Positions 30,774-41,413 are shown, numbered from the whole stretch's first letter. The stretch is DNA of 62,476 nucleotides, filler included, from Candidatus Omnitrophota bacterium (GCA_015233495.1; 3 parts of 3 records of this genome joined end to end with filler, not necessarily neighbours in it); one strand, 5' to 3'. Translations and numbers: made by a program. Notes: generated from the sequence alone by a model not told the origin.

Positions 30774-30917
30774 TTTTGGCGCGCGGATTTGCAGTCGATG
30801 TCATGTCAAGGAATGGCCGGCGGTGTGAATGGATATTTGCAGGAATGGATCTTTTGTAGTTGGGGCGCCCCTACGCTACTTGCTAAATATTTACGATCAA
30901 TTTTAGGGAGATTTACG

Positions 30918-31811
30918 GTGATTCCTAAAGATTTATTCGCGCAGGTTCGGCAGATTGAAATATCTACTTCCCGTTTGGTTACGGATGTTTTCGCCGGCCA
31001 GTACCATAGTATTTTTAAGGGACAGGGGATTGAGTTTGATGAGGTTCGGGAGTATCAACCCGGAGATGATGTGCGTTCGATTGACTGGAATGTTACGGCG
31101 CGCACCGGACGGCCGCATATCAAGAAATTTGTCGAGGAACGCGAGTTGACGGTGATGCTTTTGGTGGATGCGTCCCGGTCCGGACATTTCGCCTCTGCGG
31201 GAAAGTTGATGAACCGGGTGGCCGCGGAAGTGGCTTCGGTTTTGTCTTTGTCGGCGATCGGGAATAATGACCGGGTGGGCATGATTGTTTTTACGGACCG
31301 GATTGAAAAGTTTATTCCGCCGCGCAAAGGCCGGCAGCATGTCTTGCGCGTAATCCGGGAAATTTTATATTTTGAGCCGCAAGGCCAGAAAACCGATCTG
31401 ATCGCGGCGGTGGAATATTTGCAGCGGGTTTCTGCCCGGCGGGCTATCGCTTTTTTGATTTCGGATTTTATTTACCCGGCCGAGCAGGAGCAAAGGCTGC
31501 GCCGGATATTGAGCGTAGCGAATAAACGCCATGACCTGATCGCGATCACCATGAATGACGCCCGGCAGTGCCGCTTGCCGGATGCCGGCATTGTGGCTTT
31601 GACGGACGCGGAAACCGGGGAATTGGTTTATGTGGACAGTTCCGACTCGGCTGTCCGCCGCCAGTATGAGGATTTAAGCCGGGTCCGCGAAGAGCAAAGA
31701 AAAGAATTGTTTTTGAACTGCGGCATGGACTGCGTGGATGTTTTTACGGAGCAGCCCTTTGCCGACGCTTTAACGCGTTTCTTTCGTAAACGTCAAAAAC
31801 GCCGCGGGTGA
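30918..31811 (+). CDS. DUF58 vWA-like protein
   Basis: G.GIEFDEVREYQPGDDVRSIDWNVTAR, EEREL; GGGAG RBS before a GTG start. Confidence 0.93.
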   Translation: MIPKDLFAQVRQIEISTSRLVTDVFAGQYHSIFKGQGIEFDEVREYQPGDDVRSIDWNVTARTGRPHIKKFVEERELTVMLLVDASRSGHFASAGKLMNRVAAEVASVLSLSAIGNNDRVGMIVFTDRIEKFIPPRKGRQHVLRVIREILYFEPQGQKTDLIAAVEYLQRVSARRAIAFLISDFIYPAEQEQRLRRILSVANKRHDLIAITMNDARQCRLPDAGIVALTDAETGELVYVDSSDSAVRRQYEDLSRVREEQRKELFLNCGMDCVDVFTEQPFADALTRFFRKRQKRRG

Positions 31812-31814
31812 AAA

Positions 31815-32408
31815 ATGATTTTAAACGCGTTTTTATTTTTTAGTTTTTTGGGGTTATTGTCCGGCCTGGCGCGGGCCGCGGATGAAATCCGCGATGTTCA
31901 GCCTCCGGTGGATCTGCCTTCGTACGAATGGATCATTGTGGCGGTTTTGCTGGTCCTGGCGGTGGTTGCCTGGCTTTTATTTCATTGGTGGAAACAGCCG
32001 AAATCCCGCGCGGCTGCTTTTGCTGAGGCGCGGCTCACTGATTGGGAAAAGGCTTTTGCCCGTTTAAAGGAATTGCGAGCCGCGGATTTATTGGCGCGGG
32101 GCGATGTTAACGGATTTTATTTTCAGTTATCCGGTATTTTGCGGGTATACATCGAGGAAAGGTTCGCGATCCGCGCGCCGGAAATGACCACGGAAGAATT
32201 TTTAATTTCTTTGAAAGACGCCCCGCAATTGTCCGGACTGCAAAAGAACACTCTAAAAGAATTTTTAATATCCTGCGATATGATTAAATTCGCCCGTTAC
32301 GCGCCGCCGCCAGAGGCGGCGGATAAGGCGTTTGAATTGGTCTGGCGGTTTGTTGAGGAGACACGATTATCGTCGGCCGCTTTGTCCTCCGGCGAGAGTG
32401 ACAATTAG
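31815..32408 (+). CDS. DUF4381-like membrane protein of the bat operon
   Basis: IRDVQPP, a TM helix, EMTTEEF, DMIKFA. Confidence 0.75.
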   Translation: MILNAFLFFSFLGLLSGLARAADEIRDVQPPVDLPSYEWIIVAVLLVLAVVAWLLFHWWKQPKSRAAAFAEARLTDWEKAFARLKELRAADLLARGDVNGFYFQLSGILRVYIEERFAIRAPEMTTEEFLISLKDAPQLSGLQKNTLKEFLISCDMIKFARYAPPPEAADKAFELVWRFVEETRLSSAALSSGESDN

Positions 32409-32415
32409 GCAATCT

Positions 32416-33420
32416 ATGGATTCGATTATTTTTAAAACCCCATTGGTTTTGCTGCTGATTCCTTTTCTACTGGGCTTTGCCATTTATCGGCAACGGCGCC
32501 AGCGGACCGTTTCCGTCCGTTTTCCCACGGTTTTGCCCGCGCAAAAATTAGCCCCTACTTGGCGTTTACGCAGCCGTAATCTGCCGGATATTTTGCGGCT
32601 GATGGTATTGACTTTATTGCTGACTGCTTTGGCCGGACCGCGCTCGGTTTTGGAAAAAACTTTTCATAAAGGCGAGGGGATTGATATTGTCGTGACCGTA
32701 GATGATTCCGGCAGTATGGCAGGCGAGGATTTTATTGAAAACGGCCAAAGGATTAACCGGTTGGCAATTGTCAAAAAAGTGGTGAAGGAATTTGTCGACG
32801 GCCGTACGGAAGACCGTTTGGGTCTGGTGGTTTTTTCCGCGGTCGCTTACTCTGTATGTCCGCTAACCACGGATCATCAGTGGCTCAAGGCGAATTTGGA
32901 CCGGATTGAATTGGGTCAGATCCAGGACGGCACTGCGATTGGTTCGGCGATCATGTCCGCGGTCGCCCGATTGGAAAAAAGCCGGGCCAAGAGCAAGGTG
33001 ATTATTTTATTGACGGATGGCATGAACAATGCCGGAGAGATTGCCCCGCTGACCGCGGCAAAAGCGGCGCGCGCTTTGGGAATAAAAATTTACGCGATCG
33101 GCGCGGGCACCAATGGTTTGGTGCCTTTTCCGGCCGTGGATTTTTTTGGCCGCAAAGTTTATCAGCAGGTTCAGATCAATGTGGATGAGCAGACTTTAAG
33201 TCAAATCGCTGAGGAGACCGGCGCGAAATTTTTCCGGGCAACGGACACCGAATCGCTGCGAAAAATCTATCACGAAATCGACCTATTGGAAAAAACCGAA
33301 ATTGAACAAGTCGGATACCGGAATTATAAGGAGCTCTTTGTATATTTGTTAGCAGCCGCGTTGTGTTTATTGACCGCGGAGATTATTTTAGCAAGAACAC
33401 TTTATTTGCAAATTCCTTGA
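32416..33420 (+). CDS. batA: BatA vWA-domain protein
   Basis: LAGP, MIDAS motif DDSGSM, DGTAIG, LLTDG.NN. Confidence 0.88.
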   Translation: MDSIIFKTPLVLLLIPFLLGFAIYRQRRQRTVSVRFPTVLPAQKLAPTWRLRSRNLPDILRLMVLTLLLTALAGPRSVLEKTFHKGEGIDIVVTVDDSGSMAGEDFIENGQRINRLAIVKKVVKEFVDGRTEDRLGLVVFSAVAYSVCPLTTDHQWLKANLDRIELGQIQDGTAIGSAIMSAVARLEKSRAKSKVIILLTDGMNNAGEIAPLTAAKAARALGIKIYAIGAGTNGLVPFPAVDFFGRKVYQQVQINVDEQTLSQIAEETGAKFFRATDTESLRKIYHEIDLLEKTEIEQVGYRNYKELFVYLLAAALCLLTAEIILARTLYLQIP

Positions 33421-33471
33421 GGCTGGATTTTTAAGCATCGGGCTTTAAGCCTTTAACCTTGAGCCATAAAT

Positions 33472-34455
33472 ATGCGCTTTGCTGAACCGCAAATTTTAAA
33501 TTTTTTGTTTTTCTTAATTCCCTTGGTTTATTTTTTGTTTTGGGCGCGGCAGCGGCGCGCCAAACGTCTTAGCCAATTTGTGGATACGCCGCTTTGGCCG
33601 GCGGTCGCGCCTTTGGCCGCCAAAAGGAAAGAAGGCCGGCGGGCGATTTGGATTCTTTCGGTTTACGCTTTAGGCGTGATCGCTTGGGCTCGGCCGCAAT
33701 GGGGTTTTGAGTGGCAGGAAGTGAAACGGGAAGGCGTGGATATTCTTTTGGCTGTCGATGTTTCGAAAAGCATGTTGACTGCGGACGTGCGGCCGAATCG
33801 TTTGGAACGGACTAAATTAGCCATCCGCGATGTTTTAAAAAAATTACATGGCGACCGGGTGGGTTTGATCGCTTTTGCCGGCGACGCTTTTCTGGTTTGT
33901 CCTTTGACCGCGGATTACAGCGGTTTTTTGTTGAATTTAGATGATTTGAGTCCTGATTCCGTGCCGCGCGGCGGCACGGATATCAGCGCCGCGATTCAGG
34001 AAGCGGTTCGGGTGGAGTCCAAGACGCAGAGTAAATACAAGGTCCTGGTTATCGCGACGGACGGCGATGATTTGGAAGGCGACGCCTTGGCCGCGGCGCG
34101 TAAGGCTAAGGAAAAAGGGATTGCGATTTACTGTGTTGGCATCGGCACTGCCGAAGGTGATTTGATTCAGGTGACGGATGATCAGGGCGCAAAAAGTTTT
34201 TTGAAAGATGGGAACGAAAATTTTATCAAGTCGCGCTTGAATGAAAATTTATTGCAAAAAATCGCTTTGGAAACCGGGGGCGTTTACGCGCGCATGGGCG
34301 GGGCGCAATCCGGAATCGAACAAATTTATGATCAATATTTATCGAAACAGGAAAAGACGGAATCAGATCAGCGGATGGAAAAAATTTATTTTGAGCGGTT
34401 TCAGATTCCGTTGTTGCTGGCGTTTGCCTTGTTAATTGGGGAGTCGTTGATCTAG
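33472..34455 (+). CDS. batB: BatB vWA-domain protein
   Basis: ARPQWG, DVSKSM, PNRLER, FAGDA..CPLT.DY, TDGDD. Confidence 0.88.
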   Translation: MRFAEPQILNFLFFLIPLVYFLFWARQRRAKRLSQFVDTPLWPAVAPLAAKRKEGRRAIWILSVYALGVIAWARPQWGFEWQEVKREGVDILLAVDVSKSMLTADVRPNRLERTKLAIRDVLKKLHGDRVGLIAFAGDAFLVCPLTADYSGFLLNLDDLSPDSVPRGGTDISAAIQEAVRVESKTQSKYKVLVIATDGDDLEGDALAAARKAKEKGIAIYCVGIGTAEGDLIQVTDDQGAKSFLKDGNENFIKSRLNENLLQKIALETGGVYARMGGAQSGIEQIYDQYLSKQEKTESDQRMEKIYFERFQIPLLLAFALLIGESLI

Positions 34456-34473
34456 AGTTAATGCAAATTCGTT

Positions 34474-35469
34474 ATGGACATCGCGCCAGAAGGCAGGCGC
34501 GCGGGCGCTTATCCGTATGTTGGGAGGATAATTGTGAAGCGTAGAATTTTTGAGTTAATGGAGATTTGTTTTCTTTTGGGATTGTTTTTAACGGCGTCCG
34601 CTGCTGCCGATGTCGGCGGGGACGTGAACCGGGCGAACCGGGTTTATCGCAAAGGTGATTATGCCGCGGCAGTCAAGCGCTATGAGAAAGCCGCGGCTGC
34701 CAAGCCGCAGTCCCAGCCGATTTTTTTTGATCTGGGAACAGCATTATATAAAAAGGGAGAATATGACAATGCGGTTCAAAATTTAAGGCAAGCTCTTTTA
34801 ACTGAAGACAACAAACTTAAAGAAAAGACACAGTATAATCTTGGTAATGCGTTGTTCAAGTCAGGAAAAACCTTGGACTACGATAATCCAAACAAGACCC
34901 AGGAACTGTGGAAAGAGGCGATTGCTCATTATGACGGGGCTCTGGAATTGAACCCGCAAAACGTGGAAGCTAAATTCAATAAAGAAATCGTAGTGAAAGA
35001 ATTAAAAAGACTGCAAGTTAAACAACAGCAGCAAAAACAGCAGCAGCAACAGCAGCAATCGGATCAAAAATCGGAAGACCAGTCAAAATCTGTTTCTGAA
35101 AGAAATAATCAAGACCAAAAAGATAAAAAGAGTCATTCGGCGGAACAACAAAAACCCAGCGAAGCGAATCAGGGGAAAAAAACCGAACAAGGGAAGGAGC
35201 AACCGAAGTCAAAAGCTGAAGAAGCCAAGCCCGAATCGTCGGCGGAACAAAAAAAAGCGGATCAAACTGGCGCAAAATCGGATCAGAAAGGTGGAAATAA
35301 AAAACCGGAAGATTATAATAATCAAACTGCCGTAGTTGAGCCTGGCGCGCTTACCCCGCGGGAAGCGCAAAAATTAGTGGATGGGTATTTGCAAAAAGAG
35401 GCGCCGGCGGGAATGCTTAATTTGGACAAGCATCAGGGGAAAACAGCGCCGGTGACAAAAGATTGGTAA
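34474..35469 (+). CDS. batC: BatC-like TPR protein with Q/K/E-rich linker (true start may be ~34534)
   Basis: TPR motifs (YNLGNALF), poly-Q linker, C-terminal KDW. Confidence 0.82.
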   Translation: MDIAPEGRRAGAYPYVGRIIVKRRIFELMEICFLLGLFLTASAAADVGGDVNRANRVYRKGDYAAAVKRYEKAAAAKPQSQPIFFDLGTALYKKGEYDNAVQNLRQALLTEDNKLKEKTQYNLGNALFKSGKTLDYDNPNKTQELWKEAIAHYDGALELNPQNVEAKFNKEIVVKELKRLQVKQQQQKQQQQQQQSDQKSEDQSKSVSERNNQDQKDKKSHSAEQQKPSEANQGKKTEQGKEQPKSKAEEAKPESSAEQKKADQTGAKSDQKGGNKKPEDYNNQTAVVEPGALTPREAQKLVDGYLQKEAPAGMLNLDKHQGKTAPVTKDW

Positions 35470-35477
35470 TATTATTT

Positions 35478-37304
35478 ATGCGGAAAATATTTGGGATTAT
35501 TTTATTGATTTTAATGATGACTTGGCGCGCCTATGCCGGGGATATTTCCGTCACCGCCGAAGTGGACCGCAATCAGGTTCAGCTGGGTGAAGCCTTGAAT
35601 TTGACGATCCGGGTGAACGGCACGCAAAATATGGCAACGCCGCAATTACCGGCGATTGACGGGTTTGATATGCAGGGAGTCAATTCTTCCCAAAATTTTT
35701 CCTTTGTCAACGGCAAGACAGACAGTTCTATCGCTTTTAATTATTCCTTGTTAGCGAAAAAAACCGGCACTTTGCAAATCCCGGCGTTCACTCTGGATTT
35801 GAATGGCAAACAATATGCCACCACTGCTATCCCTGTTACAGTGCAGAACGCGCCGGTGGTGAATAATACCGCTACTGCGGCGGCATCGACCGCGTCGGCA
35901 CAGCCGCAGGCCGCAATGAAATTAGAAGATCGTATTTTTGTGCGGCCGGAAATACCCAATGGCGAGCATTTTTTGAATGAGGCAATACCCTTAAAAATCA
36001 CTTTGTATGTGAACGATTTGCCGGTGCGGGATATTCAGAAACCGCAAATTGAGGCGCCGGGTTTTAAGTTGGGGGATTTTGCCCCAACTCGCCAATCTCA
36101 AGAGGTGATCAATGGGTTGCGTTTTGACACAGTGGAATTCAACACCGTGGTCTATCCCACGCGGGCGGGGACATTGACGCTCGGGCCGATGCAAATCGCT
36201 TTTCAAATTTTGACCCGCCGGCAAGCCAACCGGCCGCCGGGGTTTGATAATTCTTTTTTTAGCGATGATTTTTTCAATCAATTTTTCAATGGATATGACA
36301 GCCATCCGGCAAACGCCGCGATAAAACCGGTACAGTTGAATATCGCGGCTTTACCGGATAAAGCGCCGGCCGGGTTCAAAGGAGCGGTAGGCAAATATGA
36401 GTTTAAAGCGCAGGTCAGTCCGGCCGCGGTCAAGGTCGGCGATCCGATTACCTTAAAAATGCAGGTAAGCGGCGACGGGGATGTGACCGCCGTGGAGTTG
36501 CCGGTCCCGCAGGAAAGTGTTGATTTTAAAGTCTATGAACCGCAAATCAAATTTGAAAACGGGATCAAACGGTTGGAGCAAGTCTTGATCCCCAAGACGG
36601 AAAACGTAAAGGCTACTCCGGCTTTTTCCTTTGGGTATTTTAACCCCGCGACAAAACAATACGAAACAATCACTCAGGGACCGTTTCCGCTCACGGTTTC
36701 CAAGTCTGATCAAAACAGTAATTTTAAAATGATTGCCGCGGCTCCGGGTTCGGGCGCTTCCGTTCCCATAGAAGTTAAAGACGAGCTGGGAGAAGACATT
36801 ATTTTTCTGAAGGAAAATCCCGGCCGTTTATCGCCTATTGGCGCTGAGTTATCCGGATTGGATTTTGTTTTAGTCATGATTTTGGAAATCGTTTTATGGG
36901 CGGCCGGGATTTTTTATATTCGTTATCAGCGGCGTTTATCCACGGATTCGGCTTTTGCCCGGAAATTGCGCGCGCCGCTCCGGGCGCGGCAGGGTTTGCA
37001 AAAGGCTAAGTTATTGTTGTCCCAGGCCAAGGACAAAGAATTTTATGATGTCTTATTTCAAACCCTGCAGGAATATTTGGTCGGGAAATTTCATCTGCCG
37101 GCTGGTGCGATGAATGCCGCTGAGGTGGGGGCCGCTTTGGGAAAAGTCAAAGAGGCGCCCGCGATTCTTGACGATATACAGCGGGTTTGGGACCATTGTG
37201 AGCAGGCACGCTATGCCTCAACTTTGTTATCGGGCCAGGACCGGCAGGAGAGTTTTGAGCGTTTAGCGAAAATCATTGACCGTTTGGAGAGGTTGGACCC
37301 GTGA
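35478..37304 (+). CDS. batD: BatD protein
   Basis: Signal peptide, GAVG.Y, VKVGDPITL, C-terminal TM and helical domain. Confidence 0.85.
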   Translation: MRKIFGIILLILMMTWRAYAGDISVTAEVDRNQVQLGEALNLTIRVNGTQNMATPQLPAIDGFDMQGVNSSQNFSFVNGKTDSSIAFNYSLLAKKTGTLQIPAFTLDLNGKQYATTAIPVTVQNAPVVNNTATAAASTASAQPQAAMKLEDRIFVRPEIPNGEHFLNEAIPLKITLYVNDLPVRDIQKPQIEAPGFKLGDFAPTRQSQEVINGLRFDTVEFNTVVYPTRAGTLTLGPMQIAFQILTRRQANRPPGFDNSFFSDDFFNQFFNGYDSHPANAAIKPVQLNIAALPDKAPAGFKGAVGKYEFKAQVSPAAVKVGDPITLKMQVSGDGDVTAVELPVPQESVDFKVYEPQIKFENGIKRLEQVLIPKTENVKATPAFSFGYFNPATKQYETITQGPFPLTVSKSDQNSNFKMIAAAPGSGASVPIEVKDELGEDIIFLKENPGRLSPIGAELSGLDFVLVMILEIVLWAAGIFYIRYQRRLSTDSAFARKLRAPLRARQGLQKAKLLLSQAKDKEFYDVLFQTLQEYLVGKFHLPAGAMNAAEVGAALGKVKEAPAILDDIQRVWDHCEQARYASTLLSGQDRQESFERLAKIIDRLERLDP

Positions 37305-38068
37305 AAAAATTATTTTTATTATTGATGTTTTTTTTGCTGTGGCCGCAACCGGCTAAAGCGGTTGTTAACGACGAAGGCCGGGTTAATACGTTTTTTGCCG
37401 CCGGCCGAGCCGCATACACGCAGGGAAATTATGCTCAAGCTATTCAAGCTTATGAAAATATTTTAGCAGCCGGCAGGGCAAGCGGGCCGGTTTACTATAA
37501 TCTGGCAAACGCGTATTTTCGTCACGGCCAATTGGGGCGGGCGATTTTAAATTATCAGCGCGCCGCCCGTCTCATGCCCAGGGATAAAGATTTGAAATTT
37601 AATTTTAAATATGCCCGGACGCAAGTCCGCGCTCCGGCAGCCGGGGAGATTCATCCTTTGTTAAAAATATATCAGCGGTTTCGCGACGATTATACCCCGG
37701 CGGAATTAGCCGGGGCGGCTATTGCGCTTTTGGGAATTATGTTTGGGGTCCATTTATTTTTATTGTATAGCGGTCAATCACTTCGGCGATATGGCGCGGG
37801 ATTTGCGGCAGGACTCTTTGTTTTGGCTTTGTTATGCTTTACTTTTTTTAACAAAACCGCTATGCTTTCTTCTGCAGCGGTGGTGTTGAACGAAGGCAAA
37901 GCCTTATTTGAGCCGCGCGATTCCGCTACCGCGCATTTCACGGTTTATCCGGGAGAGACAGTGCGTTTTGTCGATGCGCAAGGCGCTTGGGCGAAGATTC
38001 AACGGGCGGACGATAACCTTGGCTGGGTCAATGAATCGTTGGTCGCGAAGGTTGGAGATCGAGAATGA
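37301..38068 (+). CDS. batE: BatE-like TPR + SH3 protein
   Basis: YYNLANAYFR.GQLG.AILNY, two TM helices, C-terminal GWV. Confidence 0.82.
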   Translation: MKKLFLLLMFFLLWPQPAKAVVNDEGRVNTFFAAGRAAYTQGNYAQAIQAYENILAAGRASGPVYYNLANAYFRHGQLGRAILNYQRAARLMPRDKDLKFNFKYARTQVRAPAAGEIHPLLKIYQRFRDDYTPAELAGAAIALLGIMFGVHLFLLYSGQSLRRYGAGFAAGLFVLALLCFTFFNKTAMLSSAAVVLNEGKALFEPRDSATAHFTVYPGETVRFVDAQGAWAKIQRADDNLGWVNESLVAKVGDRE

Positions 38069-38469
38069 AAATCAGAAAAATGTTAGCGGCGCTGGGTTTG
38101 GTCTGGATTTTATGCGGTTGCGCGAATTCGGGTTCTACCGTTGCTCAAAAAGAAAAAATCGCTTATCCTTCCGGGGTTTCCGCGGATGACGCGCTGAAAA
38201 TCAGCCGGCAGCAATTGAAAAAATCTTCCAGCCGCGGGAAATACGCCGGGGATTCCGGCCAGGTCGTCCATAGCCGTTTTTCTCAGCCTTACGCGGATTT
38301 TTGGTTTGTGGAATTTGATTCTAAGGATTTTGATCGCGGGTTTTGGAAATATTTGGTGGTGCTCGATAAAAAAACCGGAGCAGTGCGTTACGCGAACCCT
38401 TATGTGCCTTATGACGTGGCGAATTATGATTGGATTTTTCAACCCCCCGCCGGCAAGGACCCTCAATAA
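38065..38469 (+). CDS. Hypothetical lipoprotein
   Basis: Lipobox LCGC; translationally coupled to its neighbours. Confidence 0.6.
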   Translation: MKIRKMLAALGLVWILCGCANSGSTVAQKEKIAYPSGVSADDALKISRQQLKKSSSRGKYAGDSGQVVHSRFSQPYADFWFVEFDSKDFDRGFWKYLVVLDKKTGAVRYANPYVPYDVANYDWIFQPPAGKDPQ

Positions 38470-39702
38470 GTGAATTTTTATTTTTTTTTCACGCTCTTAG
38501 CCATTATTCTGCCAACTTTGATTGAGCTGGTGTCGGATATTCTTAACAGCCGCCGCGCCGCCGCACAACTTCCCGGCGAATTTAAGGGTATTTATCCGGA
38601 AGAAAAATACACTCAATCGCAGAATTATTTAAAGGAAACTACCGGGTGTGGCTTGCTGGAAATGGCATTTTTCATGTTGTTGAATATAGCTTTTCTCGCC
38701 TTAGGCGGATATAACGCCTGGGATATGGTTTGCCGCAAGATCTGCGTAAATGATCTGACCGCGGGATTGTTGTTTATCGCAGGGATTGGCCTGGCGCAAA
38801 AAATTTTGAGTCTGCCTTTTTCCGTTTATCGGACCTTTGCGCTGGAAGCGAAATACGGGTTTAACCGCACCACGGTGGGAACTTTTATCGCGGACCAGGG
38901 AAAAACTTTTTTTTTATCAGTGTTGATCGGCGGTCCGGTTTTAGCGCTGGTCTTATGGCTGCTGCAATCTTTGGGAACCTTGGCCTGGTTGTACGCTTGG
39001 CTCTCGATGATCGTGATTCAAACAGTTATTATGTTTTTGGCGCCAGCGCTGATCATGCCTTTGTTTAACCGGTTTGTTCCTTTGGAGGCAGGCGAGCTTA
39101 AAACCGCGATTGAAGATTTAGCCAAGCAGCAGAAATTTGATTTATCCGGAATTTATCAAATGGACGGATCAAAGCGCTCGGCCAAGGCCAACGCTTTTTT
39201 TACCGGCTTCGGCCGGCACCGCCGTATCGCTTTATTTGATACCTTGATCAAGCAATTGACTGTCCCGGAAATTGTCGCGGTCCTCGCCCATGAGATTGGT
39301 CATTTTAAAAAACGGCATATTTGGAAAAATATGGCGTTTTCGATTTTAGCTTCGGGGCTGATGTTTTATCTGTTGAATTTTGTTATTTTTAATTTCGAGT
39401 TGTTTTATGGTTTGGGGATGAGGCATATATCGGTTTACGCGGGTTTAGTATTTTTTAGTCTGCTGTTCGGGCCGCTCAAAATGCTTTTAGATGCGGCCGG
39501 GAACGTTCTTTCTCGGCGGCAGGAATATGAGGCGGACCGGTTCGCAATAGACTCGGGCGCGGACCGGGAAGTGTTTATTACGGCCTTGAAAAAATTAACC
39601 GTGAATCATCTGGGCAATTTGACGCCGCATCCTTTAAAAATTATTTTGGATTACAGCCATCCGCCGATTTTGGAAAGGATCCAGGCCTTGCGCCGGTTAT
39701 GA
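38470..39702 (+). CDS. M48 (Ste24/HtpX-like) membrane zinc protease
   Basis: DGSKRS..ANAFFTG, LFDTL, HEIGH, EYEAD, YSHPP..ERI. Confidence 0.94.
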   Translation: MNFYFFFTLLAIILPTLIELVSDILNSRRAAAQLPGEFKGIYPEEKYTQSQNYLKETTGCGLLEMAFFMLLNIAFLALGGYNAWDMVCRKICVNDLTAGLLFIAGIGLAQKILSLPFSVYRTFALEAKYGFNRTTVGTFIADQGKTFFLSVLIGGPVLALVLWLLQSLGTLAWLYAWLSMIVIQTVIMFLAPALIMPLFNRFVPLEAGELKTAIEDLAKQQKFDLSGIYQMDGSKRSAKANAFFTGFGRHRRIALFDTLIKQLTVPEIVAVLAHEIGHFKKRHIWKNMAFSILASGLMFYLLNFVIFNFELFYGLGMRHISVYAGLVFFSLLFGPLKMLLDAAGNVLSRRQEYEADRFAIDSGADREVFITALKKLTVNHLGNLTPHPLKIILDYSHPPILERIQALRRL

Positions 39703-40292
39703 AAACTAAAATATTCTCGTTGCGCGGCAAAGGTAGGCAGGGGCATTGTTCGCCGTGCGTCATTATTTTTTTGGCAGGGCTGGCTGTGCTTTTATGGTTT
39801 GCGGTGTCCCGTTCGCCGGCCCCGCTTTATCCGCCGCAGGCGGATAAGCCTTGGCATTTTGTAAAGTATGTTGTGGATGGCGATACGGTCATTTTGGAAG
39901 ACGGCGAGCATATCCGTTTAATCGGCATCAATGCGCCGGAAGTTGAATCGCCGTATCATCCGCAAGACGAATGTTATGGCCCAGAGGCGCGCGCTTATTT
40001 GCGCCAATGGATCACGGGCGAAAAAGTCCGGTTGGAAAATGGACCGGAATATTATGACAAATACAAACGCCGGCTTGCTTATATCTATTTGCCGGACGGC
40101 ACCATGATTAACCGGGAAATGATCCGCTTTGGGTACGCGGAGGCCACTGCGGTTTTTCAGCATCCGTACCGGGAGGAATTTTTGCGATTGGAGCAGTCCA
40201 TTAAGGCAAAGAAGGTAGGGGTGTGGAATTGTCCGGATGCGGAAGAATGGGGAATGAAATATAAGGAGCATTCGTTTAAAAGTAAGCGGTAA
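39699..40292 (+). CDS. Thermonuclease (SNase) family protein
   Basis: VVDGDT, IRLIGINAPE, DKYKRRLAY. Confidence 0.92.
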   Translation: MKTKIFSLRGKGRQGHCSPCVIIFLAGLAVLLWFAVSRSPAPLYPPQADKPWHFVKYVVDGDTVILEDGEHIRLIGINAPEVESPYHPQDECYGPEARAYLRQWITGEKVRLENGPEYYDKYKRRLAYIYLPDGTMINREMIRFGYAEATAVFQHPYREEFLRLEQSIKAKKVGVWNCPDAEEWGMKYKEHSFKSKR

Positions 40293-40352
40293 GGTTTGTT
40301 ATTCTGAAATTTGCAGCAGTGACAGCTATTACAAATTTTCGTGCGTGTGCCT

Positions 40353-40508
40353 GCGAAACCCCGCAGATTACGCCTGAGAAATCATATTCTGGGTCCTGAC
40401 CTCTGCGGCACCCCGTACATCCTCGCCTGCGGGCTGCGGGTGCGCGGGGTCCCCGCCTTCGGGGTCACCCGTAATATGATTTCTCAGGCGTAATCTGCGG
40501 GGTTTCGC
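40353..40508. repeat. 156-bp structured palindromic element (MITE-like or ncRNA)
   Basis: Perfect 36-bp terminal IR (40353-40388 / 40473-40508) enclosing nested GC stems. Confidence 0.75.
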
Positions 40509-40549
40509 TGACACCCGGATAGTTATTTGTAAGAATAGGTTGAATATTT

Positions 40550-41413
40550 ATGTGGATTATTTTGGCTTTAATAACCGCTTTATTTACTTCTTTCATAGAT
40601 GTGATTGCCCGCAAGATCGTCGGCCGGGTGAACCCTTACGTTATTGCTTGGGCGGAATTTTTTTTCGCCGTGCCGTTTTTGGCTCTGGGGTTAATATTTG
40701 AACCGCGGATAGTTTTACAAAATCATTTTTGGCTGGTCCTGGTTGTTTCCGCCCTGCTTTTAGTGGTTTCCTCGGCTTATTATTTTAAGGCCATCGCGGC
40801 TTCGGATTTATCTTTGACGATCCCGATATTGACTTTAACGCCGCTGTTATTGTTAGTCACCTCGCCTTTGATGCTGGGGGAGTTTCCGAAAATCGGGGGG
40901 CTCATCGGAATTGTTTTGATAGTTGCCGGCGCTTATGTATTGAAATTCGACGACTGGGAAAAAGGGATTTTCGCGCCGTTGCACAGTTTATTTAAAGAGC
41001 GCGGCCCGCAATTGATGTTGATTGTGGCGGTGCTTTACAGTATAGGCGGGAATATAGACAAAATCGGGGTTCGGAATTCTTCGCCTTTAGTTTGGGCTTT
41101 GGCTTTATATTTTTTGGTGGGATTATTATTATGGCCGGTGATGTTGATGAAAACCCGGGATTCTAGGGGGCAAATCCGCGGCGCTTTTGGCTGGTTATTG
41201 CTGATGGGATTTTGTTTTGCCATTGCCACGCTGGTGCAAATGTATGCTATCCGGATGACCATGGTGCCTTACATCATCGCGATTAAAAGAATGAGCGTGG
41301 TTTTTTCATCCTTGTTTGGTTTATGGTTATTTCACGAATCCGAATGGCGGGAGAGACTCACCGGCGCGCTTTTGATGATGGCGGGTGTCTTTCTAATTTC
41401 TTTTTTAGGTTGA
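40550..41413 (+). CDS. EamA/DMT-family transporter
   Basis: About 10 TM helices in two repeats; LGE and FHE motifs. Confidence 0.9.
   Translation: MWIILALITALFTSFIDVIARKIVGRVNPYVIAWAEFFFAVPFLALGLIFEPRIVLQNHFWLVLVVSALLLVVSSAYYFKAIAASDLSLTIPILTLTPLLLLVTSPLMLGEFPKIGGLIGIVLIVAGAYVLKFDDWEKGIFAPLHSLFKERGPQLMLIVAVLYSIGGNIDKIGVRNSSPLVWALALYFLVGLLLWPVMLMKTRDSRGQIRGAFGWLLLMGFCFAIATLVQMYAIRMTMVPYIIAIKRMSVVFSSLFGLWLFHESEWRERLTGALLMMAGVFLISFLG

Noticed and set aside
35022..35057. CAG/CAA repeat tract
   Set aside because: Encodes the usual poly-Q linker of BatC-like proteins.
29628..38068. moxR-bat operon as a novel system
   Set aside because: Well-known conserved gene set in canonical order.
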